64,000 nt of DNA from Eledone cirrhosa (GCA_964016885.1 OZ024740.1:304420001-304484000), one strand, 5' to 3'. Positions 26,043-40,935 are shown, counted from the first letter of the stretch. Numbers and translations: made by a program. The notes: generated from the sequence alone by a model not told the origin.

Positions 26043-27656
26043 ATAGTGTTATTCTTTCTTTAAATGTTCCTTATGCAAAAAAGTATGCATATCTCATGTT
26101 GGTCTGAGATTGCACCAGTGCCCCCATGCAGGTAAGGTACACATGAATAATTGGAATTTCATTCAGAATGACCAGTTTCAATGCCATGTTCGTCAAAAAA
26201 CCTGCAACTCATGTGGAGGATTGAAGCAGCACTTGAACATTTATAATAAACAAGTGGAAAATGGAGCCATTGCTGAAATGAGATATTGCTGTAGTATTTG
26301 TGGACAGCTCTTCAAACACCTTTCTCACGCTAGGAAAGAGCAATTATAGGTAGAAGAGATCAAGCTCTGTAAGGAGCAGACAACTACCATTATATATATA
26401 TATATATATCATCATCATCACCGTTTTACATTCATTCTTCCACGCTAGTATGGGTTAAACAGGTTGTCCTGTTGTGGGCAATGCCAGGTCGGGTGACCTT
26501 GTCTTGCTCATATGAGAACTGATTTTGGCTTGATTTCTACAGCTGGATGCCCTTACTAACACCAACCTCCTTTACAGTGAGTACTGGGTGCTTTTTTACC
26601 GTGGCGCCTACAAGGCCACTTTACAGTGTGAGTTGGGTGCTTTTTTGTCATGACACCTCCACGACCACTTTGCAGTGGGAGGGCATATTGTCTATATGCT
26701 TCAGCTTCAGCCCGTGGGAAGTCGGGTCTTCTGTATAACTGTTGACGCCAGAGATCACCGCCTTTGTATATATATATATATATATATATATACATGCATG
26801 ACAACCTCCCTAGTGTTGGTGATTTACATGATAAAAACACACAATACATGCTGTAAAGTGGTTGATGACAGGAAGGGCATCCAGGCGTAGAAATCTTGCC
26901 AAACAAAGGATTGGGAGGACCCTCAGTTGTGTCAAAGGCATAACAACCTCTCCTGAGCACTCAATAGAATTTGAGACTCTACATGATGATGATGATGATG
27001 ACATAAGCGCACAGGTCCCTGGCCGGCCTGCCTGCCTGGGAGATCTGTCGCTCTGCTTCAGTCCTGACTTGGTCTATGTTGACCCGTCCAACCCTTGCTA
27101 GCAGAGGAGGCAGACTTTAAAACGACGACGATGATGATGATGATGATGATGATATACGTACACAATAGTATATATGTATTTTTTCGTATCAATATCTTAT
27201 GTAATACATTTAGAACCATGTCACAAATATTCTACTTCATTGTAGTTCCCTTAACCTCATGTTTTTGTTACTGGTGTAATTTTTTTTCCTTGTAAACACG
27301 TTAGAATTCTTTTAGATAATGTTAATTTATACAGGTTTACATTTTAAATACAATGGAATGTGCCATTTCTAGGTTAATGTTTTTGTGACTGTTTCTAACA
27401 ACAATATATTGCCTGTGAGATAAGGGGGAAAATCTGAAGAAATTACTGATAGCCTGCATTGACAAAGGAAGGTTAATAAGATATGTAATTGGAGATAAGT
27501 TTAGAAGGTTTTCAAAAGATAGCTATTTATTTGTTGCTATAAATTATTTTGGGGCATAAAAAATAAATCCAAGTGATGCAACAGTTACATAGCAAAATTT
27601 TACATTGTTCATGAAATTACAAGATTTGGATTGAGATTTATATACACACACGCAGA

Positions 27657-29558
27657 TCATCATCATCATCATCACCATCACCATTTTACGTCCATTCTTC
27701 CATGCTAGCATGGGTTAGACGGGTTGTCTTGTGGGCAGTGCCCGGTCGGCTGACCTTGTCTTGCTCATACGGTCACTGATTTTGGCTCGATTTCTACAGC
27801 TGGATGCCCTTCCTAACACCAACCTCATTTACAGTGAGTGCTGGGTGCTTTTTTCCATGGCACCTACACGACCACTTTACAGTGTGGGCTGGGTGCTTTT
27901 TTGCAGTGGGAGGGGTGGGGGCATATTGTCTATATACTTCAGCTTCAGCTTGTACCCGTGGAAAGTTGGGTCTTCTGTATTACTGTGTGACGCCAGAGAT
28001 CACGGTCCTGCGTCATCGCCTTTGAGAGGTGCAATTGGATAAGGTCAGCCTTTATCACCTCATCCCAGGTCTTCTTGGGTCTCCCCACTCCACGGCTTCC
28101 ATCGACTTCTAGTGCTCTGCACCTTTTTATGCAGCTTTCATCCTTCATATGCATCACATGTCCATACCAACGCAACCTCCTCTCCTGCACACAGCATTTG
28201 ATTCCTCTTATGCTCAGTCTTTCTCTCAATTCGTTTATGCTTTGCCGTTCACGTATATTACTATTACACATCCATCAGAGCATGCAAGCTTCGTTTCTTT
28301 CTAATCTACACAAGTCTTCTACACACAATGCCCAGGTCTCATTACCATGTAACATTGCTGTTCGTATGCATGTATCATACAGTCTGCCTTTCATTTTGAG
28401 GGAAAAGCCTTTTGCAGCTAGCAGTGGCAGTAGCTCCCTGAACTTCTTCCATCTCATTCTAACCCTGGCTACTGTACTTTCCGAACACCCACCTCCACTG
28501 CTAATTCGGTTTCCTTGGTAGCAAAAGCTGTCTACTGTTTCTACAGAGCCCTCCCAGAGTTTGGTGGTGCTTGTTTCCTACGGCCATTTGCTGCTTGTTC
28601 TCCCGCTGCAGCTGCTGCATGTAAAACCTACATTCTTAGCTAAATTACCTTAGATCCCACTACATCTCTAGTGTATCCATTGTTTGCATTTGGGGCAGAG
28701 GATGGAGTTCCTACCTACACCTTTCCTATATACTGAGCAAGGTCATTTCCCTGAGGGGATTTGGGCTCTGTTATCTCATCTACTAATGAGGACCTTAGTC
28801 TTTGTCAGGTTGACTTTAAGACCCTTTCTTTCTAGTCCCTGCTTCCATGTTTGGAATTTCTTCTCTAGTTACACCATAGATTCAGCTATAAGTGTAAGAT
28901 CATCTGCATACAGCAGTTCCCATGGGCATCCGGTCTTAAACTCCTCTGTTATTGCCTACAATACTATAATGAACAGTAGAGGGCTAAGAAAAGAACCCTG
29001 GTGGACACCAACCTGTATGCTAAATTCCTCGCTATAGTCATTGTTAACCCTTACTTTGCTGACTGCTCCCCTATAATGGCTTGTACTGCTTTCACAAGCC
29101 ATTCATCTACTCCTAGTTTTCTAAGAGCCCACCAGATTATAGCGCAAGGCACTCTGTTGAAGGGTTTTTCCAAATTGACAAATGCCAAGTGAAGCGGCTT
29201 ACTTTTCCTGTAACTGCCTCACAAGGACGAGGGCATCAGTGGTGCCTTTTCCTGGCACAAACCCAAATTGCATCTCACCTAGTTTTACCCGGTCCCTAAT
29301 CAACTGTGCTATAACTCTTTCTGTTACTTTCATAACCTGTTCCATCAGCTTTATACCTCTATAGTTTCCTCTATCTAGTGCAACATCTTTTCCCTTGTAG
29401 CAGTTGACAATGATGCTGCTGCACCAATCCTTTGGTATGACACCCTCTAGTATTACCTGATTAACAATATGCGTGGATATGGTGTGACCTACCGACCCAG
29501 ATGCTTTCAGCATCTCGGCAGCTATACCTGATGGACCGCTTGCCTTCCCACTCTTCAT
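27657..29558 (-). mobile_element. RTE LINE, 5'-truncated and decayed
   Basis: GKASGPSGIAAEML, NYRGIKLM, MQFGFVPGKGTTDA, LYAD, a PHD-like block and RRLRWYGHV; (GAT)n tail at about 27657. Same family as 49250-52540. Confidence 0.92.
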
Positions 29559-29740
29559 ATATATATATCCGTATGTGGTTGACAGCTGAGAGAAAAAAGT
29601 ACTCTATACCGAAGTCAAGTTTTAATATTCATTGTATTAAGGCTAAATAGTAAATCTTGTTACTCTGGAGTTTCACCTGTTCATCACAGGGTCGTGATAA
29701 ACAGGCGAAACTCCAGATTAACACGACCCACTATTTAGCC

Positions 29741-29910
29741 ATAACCCTTTAGCAATTAAACCAGCCATATTCGACCAGAATTCTCTCACCTTTTTTCTGT
29801 AACTGGCCACTCATAGTGATGTTAAGGTATTGTTCTCAAAATACATAATATCAAAATCTCAGATTCAATATAATAGTAAATATAGAGTAATGTAAATGTT
29901 AAAGGGTTAA
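29741..29910 (+). mobile_element. Second TTAA/CCCTTT MITE family, inserted into an inverted-repeat arm
   Basis: (A)TAACCCTTTAGCA...GTTAAAGGGTTAA; related copy at about 54804-55013. Confidence 0.7.
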
Positions 29911-30891
29911 TATAATGAATATATAATATATATTATATATTCATTATATATATGTAAACAGTTTCATAAAGATCAATAAATTTAATCTAATTTAATGCCT
30001 TTTTAACAATTTTCTCTCATGGAAATTTCCACACTGTCTTATTACAACCTTACTCTGATTCTTTATCAGTCTTGTTTCTTTGATGACGTTCAGAATCCTT
30101 GAAAGTGGCACCACACTGCACTAATTAATACAGCTATTCTAGTAGTTAGTTGATTAATACATTGCATATAAGTTTGTAATAAAATGGTCTTGTTTTACTC
30201 CACTTTTTATTTTTATTGCTGTTGCATTCTCTTTAATTCATTCTGCTTTCGCTCTCCTTGGAATCAGACATAAAATACATACTTTGTATTATGTGTATAC
30301 GACTCTCACTTCTACTCTCACCCACCTGCTCACCTGTGTATACTCTCTCTCTCTCTTATGTTATCTTATTTTCTTTTTCACACACATTTCTTTTTAGATG
30401 GAAACTCAAGTGCTCCCTTGTGGCGTTTATTCGAATGTCTGTGGCTTATACTTTTTACTTGTTTTTTTTTTTATTTTTTTTTTGTTATCACTGTAATGAA
30501 TACAATTTCCAAAAGAAAGAAATCAAATGTCTTACTTTTTGTTCCTGTCCAACCACATATACTCTCAACTTCCTCTCAATTAATCAAGCAACCACAATCT
30601 TTCTCACTTCTCATTTTTATCTTTCCCCTTTCTTCACTGTCTTTACATGTGCATATACATGCACATACATATTTACATACACATCTACATACTCATATAC
30701 ATACACATCTACATACACATATACATACACATTTACACAATATTTGTATACCTTATCTCCCTTCCGCTCTCTTCCTTATACACACACACTCGAATCTCAT
30801 TCAAACCTATAGTCTCCCGGTCACTTCACATTCTTTCCTTTCTCCCCACCCCCTCGTCTGTCCTCTTATTTTATGACCCTCAGCAACATGG

Positions 30892-31290
30892 TCTCTCTCT
30901 GCCAGTTCTCTCTCTACCAGTTGTTGTTCTCTCTCTACCAGTTGTTCTCTCTCTACCAGTTGTTGTTCTCTCTCTACCAGTTGTTCTCTCTCTGCCAGTT
31001 GTTCTCTCTCTGCCAGTTGTTCTCTCTCTCTCTCTCTTCCAGTTCTCTCTACCAGTTCTCTCTCTCTGCCAGTTGTTCTCTCTCTACCAGTTCTCTCTCT
31101 GCCAGTTCTCTCTCTCTCTCTCTCTGCCAGTTCTCTCTACCACTCTCTGCCAGTTCTCTCTCTCTACCAGTTGTTGTTCTCTCTCTACCAGTTGTTCTCT
31201 CTCTGCCAGTTCTCTCTCTCTCTCTCTTCCAGTTCTCTCTCTCTCTCTACCAGTTGTTTTCTCTCTCTGCCAATTGTTCCCTCTCTGCCA
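30892..31290. repeat. Compound (CT)n-CCAGTT(GTT) tandem repeat
   Basis: Directly visible; source of the spurious SLPVVL and QLFSL ORFs. Confidence 0.92.
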
Positions 31291-33229
31291 CTGGTGGTGG
31301 GTATAATTATGAATATGTTCTTCATTTGATGTGTAACTAGTGAATACCATGTGACTAATTTAACAGAAGACTAGTTCTTTTTATTTCTGTTGTTGTTTCT
31401 GGAGTCATAAGTGGCAGGTTGAATTATTGAAGTCTGGCAGCTATGAGATGCTGTATAACACCCACACACCACACATACAGACACCTTCCATACACCCACA
31501 CATATTCAAGCATCTGAAAGAATTAGTTGTGTGTTAACATCTATGAAACCATTGGCAATACTTAGGTCAAGCTGTTGATATAAATATTCTCAATTTCCCC
31601 ATGTTTTAATTGTTATCTTCTTTTGTTTGTACCCCCCCAAACCTTAATCAGTGCATAATTAGAGCTATTGATCTCTCAGATATACAGTGTGTGTGTGTGG
31701 GGGGGGGGGGTATGTCTTACTTACACATACTTCTGCATACACACAAGCACACACACACAGTCTCCCCCCCCCTCTTTCTCTCTCGTGCCCGGAGTGAATT
31801 TTCATGGCACTAACATTAGGGAGGGCTATTATGCCTTTGGCACAATTAATGAGTGCTCTCAACTTCTTGTTTGGTGATCTTTCTATGGCTGGATACCCTT
31901 CCTATATGCAACCACTTTACAGAGTACTGGGTGCATTTTATCATGTCACCAACACTAGAGAGGTTATTGTGTTGTGACCCAAATGTCTCCTAAACCCTCT
32001 GGCTTGGTATCTATGTCTAGAAGCCCTTCCTAACATCAACCCAACCACTTGATATAGTTCTGTTTTCTACTTTTTCAATAGTGTATTTGCTAATGCGGTT
32101 TTATGCTGTACAGGACATTAAGAGTTAACATTTTTAATACCAACTCAGCCAAAACTGGCTCTGGTTCTATGTAACAAATTCACCAATTTTAAAGTGTTCC
32201 TATTTAATTAAAAACCTTTTAACATAGTTACAAATATCTCCTTAGTAATGAAATAACTAATATTTTAGTAAATCTTTCAAATTTTTTATTGATTAAAATA
32301 CATTGAATGTCATTAGAAATATGATCATGAAAGGGTTAGTCTGACAAATTGGATACTAGTTTTAGGCTCAGACCTGTAGTTTTTTCAATTGTTCCAATAT
32401 TTCTATACCTTTTCATTAATAGGGGTGTAGATATTTGAATCTACTTTTGTCTGCTTTTAGGTTTTGGGTCCAAATTCAATGTTAGCATTTCATTGTTTTT
32501 CTGGACTGAATTTTATTTAACGAATCTTCTGCTTCAGTTCATCATTAAAAATTGGTACCAAATCACCTGCGAATATTGTCTGAAATAGACTAGTTGTTGT
32601 GTTTTAGCCTCATGTCAGCTCTGATTGAATAAGCAGATTTATAGTCAAAGGGGTTTCTTCTGTGACCATCTTGATATTCTTTTTTTGGGGATTACATTGT
32701 TCAGTGTTTCCTAGAGATTTGGCTATTATTTCTAGCAAGTCATCTGATCATATAGAGGTTTCTCTATTTTGTCCAATGTTGGAGAATGTATTTTTTTTAT
32801 TTGGTTCATAGCAATGAACAACTGGAGCTAAGCTCATGCCCATAAAAAACGTCTTTAAAGCATAAGAAACATTCTTTACATATTTACGAGGTGACATCTT
32901 CTCCCTTCCTAGACCATGCTGAGGCAGGTTTATTGACAGACCTTTGTTACTGTGTTTTTCTTATATATATGACATGTTGCAATGAATAGTTAGCAAATTG
33001 AGCCTGTGACCAAGTTTCAATCTCCAGCTGTGACAGCTTAACTTCAATTGTGCTGCTAATTCCTTTGAAAAGTTTCTATAACATATTTACTACCTACTCA
33101 TAAACCCCAGTCTCCATGAGTAGAATAAGAAATATATTTTTTATTTATTAGCAGCAAAACAATAATCAACTACATTATAATGTTTTGTTGCAAAACTCCC
33201 AATTGAGCTCTTTTGAGTCTAGGCTAACT

Positions 33230-33462
33230 CAAATCAACTCCAATTAGCTATCCAGGTCAACTTATTTCAGCTCTACATATCTCAACTAATTCCCAGCTCA
33301 ACCCATTTGAGTTGAACTTAGCCTAGTTCAGTTCAGTTCATAGGCCAACCCAAATCAACTCAAATCAGCTGTCCAGATCAACTTATTTCAGCTCTACATA
33401 TCTCAACTAATTCCTAACTCAATCCAGTTCAGTTGAACTTTGCTAGTTCAGTTCAGTCCACT
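33230..33462. repeat. Direct duplication of about 120 bp
   Basis: CAAATCAACTC...CAACTTATTTCAGCTCTACATATCTCAACTAATTCC...CTAGTTCAGTTCAGT occurs twice. Confidence 0.85.
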
Positions 33463-34705
33463 TCAAATTTTACATGTATTTTTAATGTTACTGTTCACAT
33501 AAAATAGGAGAAGCTGGCGCCAACCACTTAACCCATAACATCCTGAATGATTTAGTAGAAAATATCTAAATATAATTTTGTTTATTCAAATATTGATACA
33601 CCCCTGTCCCACTACCCCCCCACCCCATCCACACCACCCCTTTCAATGTAAAGTTATGTTGGTACCACAACATCCAGCCCGAAACAAATGAGGTTGTGTA
33701 GGTGTCACGACAAAAAACACATAGTCCACGCTGTAATGTGGCTGTGTAGGTAACATGGTAAAAACCTCCCAGTTCTACACTGTAAATGTGGTTGGTGTTA
33801 GGAAGGGCATCCAGCCGTAGAAAACCCGCCAGACAGTCCCATGCGAGCAAGACAACCACTCTTGCGTCAAATGGGAAAACTCCCGTCCAAACCCATGCAA
33901 GCGTGGAATATGGACGTTAAACAATGATGAGGATGACTTTGTCTTGCTCATAAAGAACTGATTTTGCCAACCACATTTACAGTGTAGACTGGGTGCTTTT
34001 TGTCGTGACACCTACAAGACCAATTTACAGTGTGGACTGGAGGGGGATGTGCGAGGAAGTTTATATATATATAGGTTTCGGCCATTGATTTGCAAGATTT
34101 TGTATATGAAACTATGTGTTGTAACCAATGTTGTATTTTGGGAGATGTCATTTTGCCAATTAAAATCACTTTCACTGGTTGTAGAGCAAATGGAAGTGAG
34201 ATAGAGTAGATTGTGGATCAATGTAGTAGAAGAACCATTTCTCTATCTAACATATTTTATGTTCTATTGTCTCAGACATCAAACTTACATTCTAAATTCA
34301 TGTTAAAATGCAATCAACTAAATCATAGCTTCAATTTTTTTTATTTGGTTTTAATTATTCCTGTAATGCTTTTACCAGTTTCAATCATTGGAATGTGGTC
34401 ATACTAGCCACACTAACTTGTTATCTCTTAATCTTTTCGTTACTTATGATTTTAAAATATTTTTGAAATAATAAAGAATTTGGAGTGATTTCGTAATATA
34501 AGATTCTCATTATGGTGTTTGGGACATAACTCAACAAAGGTTCATACATGAAATTATGTTAGTAGTTTTTTTTAAGATAAATATAAACACTCTAAAATAA
34601 ACTGCTTTGTATCGTTGAATTAGGGGTGGTTTCAGGCAGTTTGGTATCAAAAGAGTTAACAGTTATCACTACCTGGGAATTATTTTCTTTGAATTTATTT
34701 TATTA

Positions 34706-35789
34706 CTAGCAGTAAAGCCCGGCGTTGCTCGGGGTCGCTCAGTAGCTGTGTTAAAGTTACAATGTTAAGTTTCTTTTTTGGCTTAAAAACTGTAGTGTCT
34801 ACTGTGCAGACTTGCATGTGGTGTTTTTGATTAATATTCCCTCAACCAACAATATGCCTTATGAAGTTAAGAAAACATAACGATAACCCGAATGTTATAA
34901 CAAAAGAGGATGCTGGGGATAGAAACTGCACTGGTTATTTATTAACAAAGATCGAAAATGTAAACACTGCAACGCAGAGAAAAACATTAGCGTAACCAAA
35001 TTATCAGTTATGTCTGTCTGTCTGCACGCCTATATCACCTCTCTGCACGACTGTCTGTCTGCACGCCTAACGACGAAATATTTGCTTGTTTTACGTAGTC
35101 TTTAAATAGACTTGTTTTCAAGTAAAAATATTGTTTTAAAATGCTTTTAAATGGAAATGAAACAAAACGGGGTCGCTCAGTAGCTGTGTTAAAGTTACAA
35201 TGTTAAGTTTCTTTTTTGGCTTAAAAACTGTAGTGTCTACTGTGCAGACTTGCATGTGGTGTTTTTGATTAATATTCCCTCAACCAACAATATGCCTTAT
35301 GAAGTTAAGAAAACATAACGATAACCCGAATGTTATAACAAAAGAGGATGCTGGGGATAAAAACTGCACTGGTTATTTATTAACAAAGACTGAGAAAGCC
35401 AGCGTAATTTTTTACGTAAGACGCTCAATGTAAACAGAACAAAGGGAAATAACTGATCACTTACGCTCAAAAATCGATACATTATATTCGATTTCGTCAC
35501 ATAGGGTGGGTCAATTTGAAATTTTTTTTTTCCGATGTCTTCGCTAGGGCTCAATGTACAAGTATAGCAATTTCGGTGCAATTCCGTGAGAGATTCTAAG
35601 AGGAGATGTGTGCCAAAAATCGATAGACAGACAGACAACCACAGTTTTATATATATATAGATAGATGTCTTCGCTAGGGCTCAATGTACAAGTATAGCAA
35701 TTTCGGTGCAATTCCGTGAGAGATTCTAAGAGGAGATGTGTGCCAAAAATCGATAGACAGACAGACAACCACAGTTTTATATATATAGA
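34706..35789 (-). mobile_element. Non-autonomous Helitron
   Basis: On the - strand it begins TC after a host A (35790), carries (TGTC)n, and ends with the hairpin CCCGAGCAACGCCGGG 8 nt before a terminal CTAG followed by a host T (34705). No TSD. Confidence 0.85.
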
Positions 35790-37357
35790 TTACGATCAGT
35801 GTGACATATTTCTGTGGATTTTCCAGGAGTTGGAAATTAGGATGGAATTAGAGGATTTACTTGGAAGATTCCACATCAGTTGGATTAAAATGGATTTGCT
35901 TGGGATTGATATTTCATAAACAGATTGTCAAGGCAAATGTTGTGAACAAGGCCTTGCATTTGTACCATAATCAATCATTAATTGTAACACTTAATCCATA
36001 ACAATTTAAAACTCTGGGATTTTGGTTTACTACTGTGACAGAATATATAGGATTGGGAAATCATGTGTCTCATAGGAAAAGATTGTTATTGGTTACGTAA
36101 AGGGATATGTTATCATAAATTATTTATCTTGTCATTTACCTCTGTCACACTTGTGTTTCATCCATCTAACAATATATATTTCTTTAGCTAAATAATTAGA
36201 AATATTAAATGAAGGAACAATTTCAGTAGTAAACTTATCTTTTTGTGTTTATCAATTTTGAAAAGAAAAAGTCTTATAGAAAATGTTAGAGGATATAACA
36301 ATAGCTGTGACCTACGACCAAAAATTTAAGGACACACACACACACACACATCTATATCTAAATCTACACACACACACACACACATATATATAGGCAGCAA
36401 ATTGGCAGAGTCATTAGAATGTTGGATAGAATGCTTTGTGGTATTTGTTCCGGCTCTCTGTTCCCTGAGTTCAAATCTTGCCTCGGTCCACTTTGCGTTT
36501 CATCCTTTCATGGTCAATAAAAAAAATACCAGTCTAGTACTGGGGTCGATTCTTCTATATCTCTTTCTCACTCCCATTCTCTCACTCTATCCTTCTCTGG
36601 AAGAAATCTACTGTACTCAGGCTTAAAATGCTCAAGAAACGCTATAATAGTATGTCAATAAGGCGCTCTTATGACTCCCTCAGGAGTTACGGGACTATAC
36701 TATACCATACCATATATATATATATATATATATACAGAGAGAGAGAGTCTGCAGTGCTGAAACTGGGGAGAACACTAATCATGGGAGTACATACAAGCCA
36801 AAACCGCTTGGTGCTGCAGTCTGGATTTACACATCTCTCATTCTATATAAAATACATATATATATATATATATATATATATCATCACCATCATCATTTTA
36901 TGTCCGCTTTTCCCTGCTTGCATATATATATATACAAATGGAAGTTTAGTAAAATCGAAGCCTCGGCTGTAGCCAAGCCAACGAAATACAGTTATATATA
37001 TGTATATGAGAGAGAGAGAGAGAGAGGTTTCAAAAACTAAAGTTTAAAAAATTGTAATATATCTAACAGAAAACTTGCTTATTCCTGGGAGACTGTTGTT
37101 TAAGCTGAATTGCTTGCTTTTTTGAAACTGAACTTCTGTATAGAGACAGTTAAAAGTGAACTGCAACTCATATGTGTAACATTCATGGCTGCTGTGCTAA
37201 AAGAAAGATCACTCAAAAATTGAACTAATTAACTTTCTAAAGACTGCCATTTCATAACCTAATGATTTTATAGATATTTTATTCAAAAGAAGATTCAATA
37301 ATTCTTATATGCTGCTGATGGTGGTGGTAGTTGGTCAGGAAATTTCGATGAAAAAAG

Positions 37358-37482
37358 GGCTATAGTAAGAAAAGGGCTAATAAAGAGCTATAGTAAGAAA
37401 AGGGTTAATGATGGGTTATAGTAAGAAAAGGGCTAATGAAGCATTATAGTAATAAAAGGGCTATAGTAACAAAATGGCTAAT
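37358..37482. repeat. About 28-30 bp degenerate minisatellite
   Basis: CTATAGTAAGAAAAGGGCTAAT-like unit, about 5 copies. Confidence 0.8.
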
Positions 37483-40039
37483 AAAGTGAAGAAGTGACAT
37501 AAATGAGAGAGTTATATCTTTATGTTCAAATATTTCCACAAAATAACAAAAGTTATGTGGCTCAGTGGTTTGATGTGTGAAAATTAATACCTTATCCTAA
37601 AAAAAGTAGAGGGAGAGAGAGCAAGAAGATGCTCTGGGTGTAGAATACGACATTAATCCTTAAGTTAGCAATCTGGCCAAAACCAGTTCTGGTTCTATGA
37701 AATAAAACCACCCATTTTAAAGGTTTCCAATTTAAATTATATTCTTCCAATATAATTTTATATAAGAACCTTTACATTAAGTTGCTTTCTTAGTAATGAA
37801 ATAATTAATAATTTTAGTAAACCCCTCAAAATTCTTCATTAGTTAATTAATTAAAATTGAGTGTATTTCTTTAGATATGCAGTCATGAAAGGGTTAAAAA
37901 TGTCTCGTCCAACCCATGCTATGGGGGAAAAAGGCAACCATAAAAGCATTGATGATAATCATCATCATCATCACATCAGTTTTTCCATGCTTGCATGGGT
38001 TTGACGTGTCCTTCTCAGCACAGCATCTCTCCACACATATCAATACTTTATATATATTTTTTTCATTGGATAACTGAAGTTTTGTTTGTCATTTGAAATT
38101 GATATTGTTTCACTTACATTGAAGCTTGGAAAAGCTTTGGAAAAGACAAAGATGTCAGAAAATTGTTGTTTCTTCTCTAAAATTGTAACAGACTTGGCTT
38201 TTTGCTTTTAATGATTTAACCCTTTCATGACTGTGTTTCTAATTAATTAATTAATTCATTAATTAATGAAGAATTTTGAGGGATTTATTAAAATGATTAA
38301 TTATTTCATTACTAAGACAGTAACTTAATGTAAGATTTTTATATAAAATTATTTTGGAAGATTTTAGTTCAAATTAGAAAACTTTAAAATGGGTGATTTT
38401 ATTTCATAGAACTAGGGCTGGTTTGGGTTAATACTTTGTTTTGTTTGACTTGTGAGAATCAGCATTACGCTCTGGCACATCAATTGAGCATCTTTGACCT
38501 GTTTCTTATGTGAACGATACTGTCAGCCAACAGTATCATTGACATAGCTCCAGGTTAATGTATCTGGTCTTAAGCCACATTAGTTGGCCTCGCAGATAAT
38601 TTCATCATATAGTTCTTATACATTATCCTTCTTATCAATAAGAATGATGGAAATATTGAAGTTAGGATTTCATTAAGTCTACCTGACATTTAAGTAACCT
38701 TGGGACAAGAAATTGAGTCAAGTCATTATAGTAAGAAGGAGAAATATAGTTCAAATTGGAATTCAGAGTTAATAAGTTATTGAAAAAGCATTTTATTTTT
38801 TTCTACCTCTTCCTGTGATATTTAGCTACCTCTAAAGTTGAAGATTTATTGTGAATTAGAAGTGTTGCTGTGAAATGAAGAAAGTGTTAATATGCATTCC
38901 ATTATTTCTTCTGGTATCGGTAGAGGGTCGGACACTATGCTTTGACGTATAGAGTTACGCCCCTTGCCATTCTGAGTTCAAATCGCGCCTGGGTTAACTT
39001 TGCCTTTCATCCTTACGGGGTCGATAAAATAAAGTACCAGTAATGTACTGGGTAATTGCTGGCCTTGTGCCAAAAGTAGAAACAATTATTTCTTCTGTAG
39101 ACTGAAAAAAAAACCCATTAAAAAACTGCAGTTAATTCTACATTCAATGTATCTTTGATCTTTTAATATATGCTGTGTCCGTATAAATATTCATTTAGTT
39201 AATTACATTATCTAATGAATGCACAACATGCAAATTTGAACTGACCATTTCAATTATGTCCTACTTGATATAAATAGTAATGCTACCAAAGTCTCTCTGT
39301 AATAGTTATCTTCTAAATGAGGAGACAATAATCTCTGAAATCATTGTTTGTCTGTGTTTAGAGGGAATAGTGGAAAGTGTCTTTACACATCTTTTGTTTT
39401 ACACCTATGGTCAAAGGAATTCCAACAGTGATCATCCCATCATTTTAACCCTTTCATGACCATATTTCTAACGAAATACAGTCTATTTTAATTAATTAGT
39501 GAAGAATTTTGAGGGATTTACTTAGATTATTAATTATTTCATTATTACGATAGTAACATAATGTAAGGTTCTTATATAAAATTATGTTGGAAGATTTTAA
39601 TTTAAATTGGAACACTTAAAAATGGGTAGTTATATTTCATAGAACCAGAACTTGTTTTGGCCAGCTTGTTAACTAAGGGGTTAAGAGTATGGCGAACTCC
39701 ATTATGTAATGTGTTCTTATTTAAGATGGTAGAGTGTGATTTGAGGCAGTTTTTCCTGCAACATATAGTCTCTCTCATTAGTTATCCCTATATGTCTGTT
39801 GTTGTTTTGCACTATGTTTGAGAGAGCCGTGATTAAAGACATTACGCAACCATAACTATCCTATTCTTTTAGAGGTATGAAGGGATACATTATCTAATGT
39901 GTTCCCTACCCTTTAAATTGGTGGAATGTGATAAGGGAAATTTGGCTCATCTATAACTTATGGTTGTGATCACAACAAAGAAGAGCAGGTGAACACAATC
40001 TGAATGTGTCATGGCTGCTTAATTGTATTTATTATTAAT

Positions 40040-40935
40040 GTACATCATCATCATCGTTTTATGTTGCTTTTCCACGCTTGCATGAGTTGGATTGGTGTTT
40101 TCCAGCCCAACATCCCTCCACTCATCGCAGCCCTTCGTCCTCTCTTCTGTGAGCTTCAGCAATTTGGGATCAGCTCTGACAATTTCTGCCTAGGTCTTCC
40201 TTGGTCTCCCTCTACTGTAGCTTCCTTCCACTATGATTTCTTGGCACTTCTTCACCCAGCAATTATCATCCATACGCATCACATGTCCATACCAGCACAG
40301 TCATCTCTCCTACACACTACATCTGATTCCTCTTATATCCACTTTTTCTCTCAGCTCATCAATGTTTTATTGTTCATGTATATTGACATTGCACATCCAT
40401 CAAAGCATGCTCACTTCATTTCTCTCCAGCTTTTACATATTCCCTGCATTGACAGCCCATGTCTCACTACTATGCACCATCACATGCAGGCGTCATACTG
40501 CTGGCCTTTCATTCATAGAGAGAAGCTTTTTGTTGTCAACAGAGGTAGTAGCTCCCTGAACTTTCCATCCTGTTCTTATCCTAGCTACTATGCTCTAGTG
40601 CAACCTTTCCCAATACTAATTACATCATCTAAGTAGTAGAAGCTATCAACCACTTCTATGGATTCTTTCTGGGATTGGAAAAAATTTATTTCACTGTTGC
40701 TCCTATTAAAAACTATCCCTGTTCATCTGTTACATATAAAGTCTAACTTTCCTGCAAGTCTACCTGCTATCCCATCACACCTCTTGTGTACCCAAGATTT
40801 ACATTGTGTACATCATATAGAGTTTCTGCCCACTCCTTTTCTACATATTGAGCAATGCCACTTCCCTGTTGCAATCAAGGTTCTGTCATCTTTCCTACTT
40901 ACTAAAACTTTGATCTTTGCCAAGTTTACTCTAAG
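40040..40935 (-). mobile_element. Decayed RTE 3' half
   Basis: RVNLAKIKVLVSRK..GKWHCSICRKGVGRNSI; (GAT)n tail near 40045. Confidence 0.8.

Noticed and set aside
26110-26390. C2H2 zinc-finger-like ORF
   Set aside because: The fingers are degenerate, there are no splice sites, and it ends at a (TA)n junction; more likely the 3' end of a decayed LINE than a host gene.
30258-31350. Long ORFs of 155-219 aa
   Set aside because: Produced by (CA/TA)n and (CT)n-based repeats.
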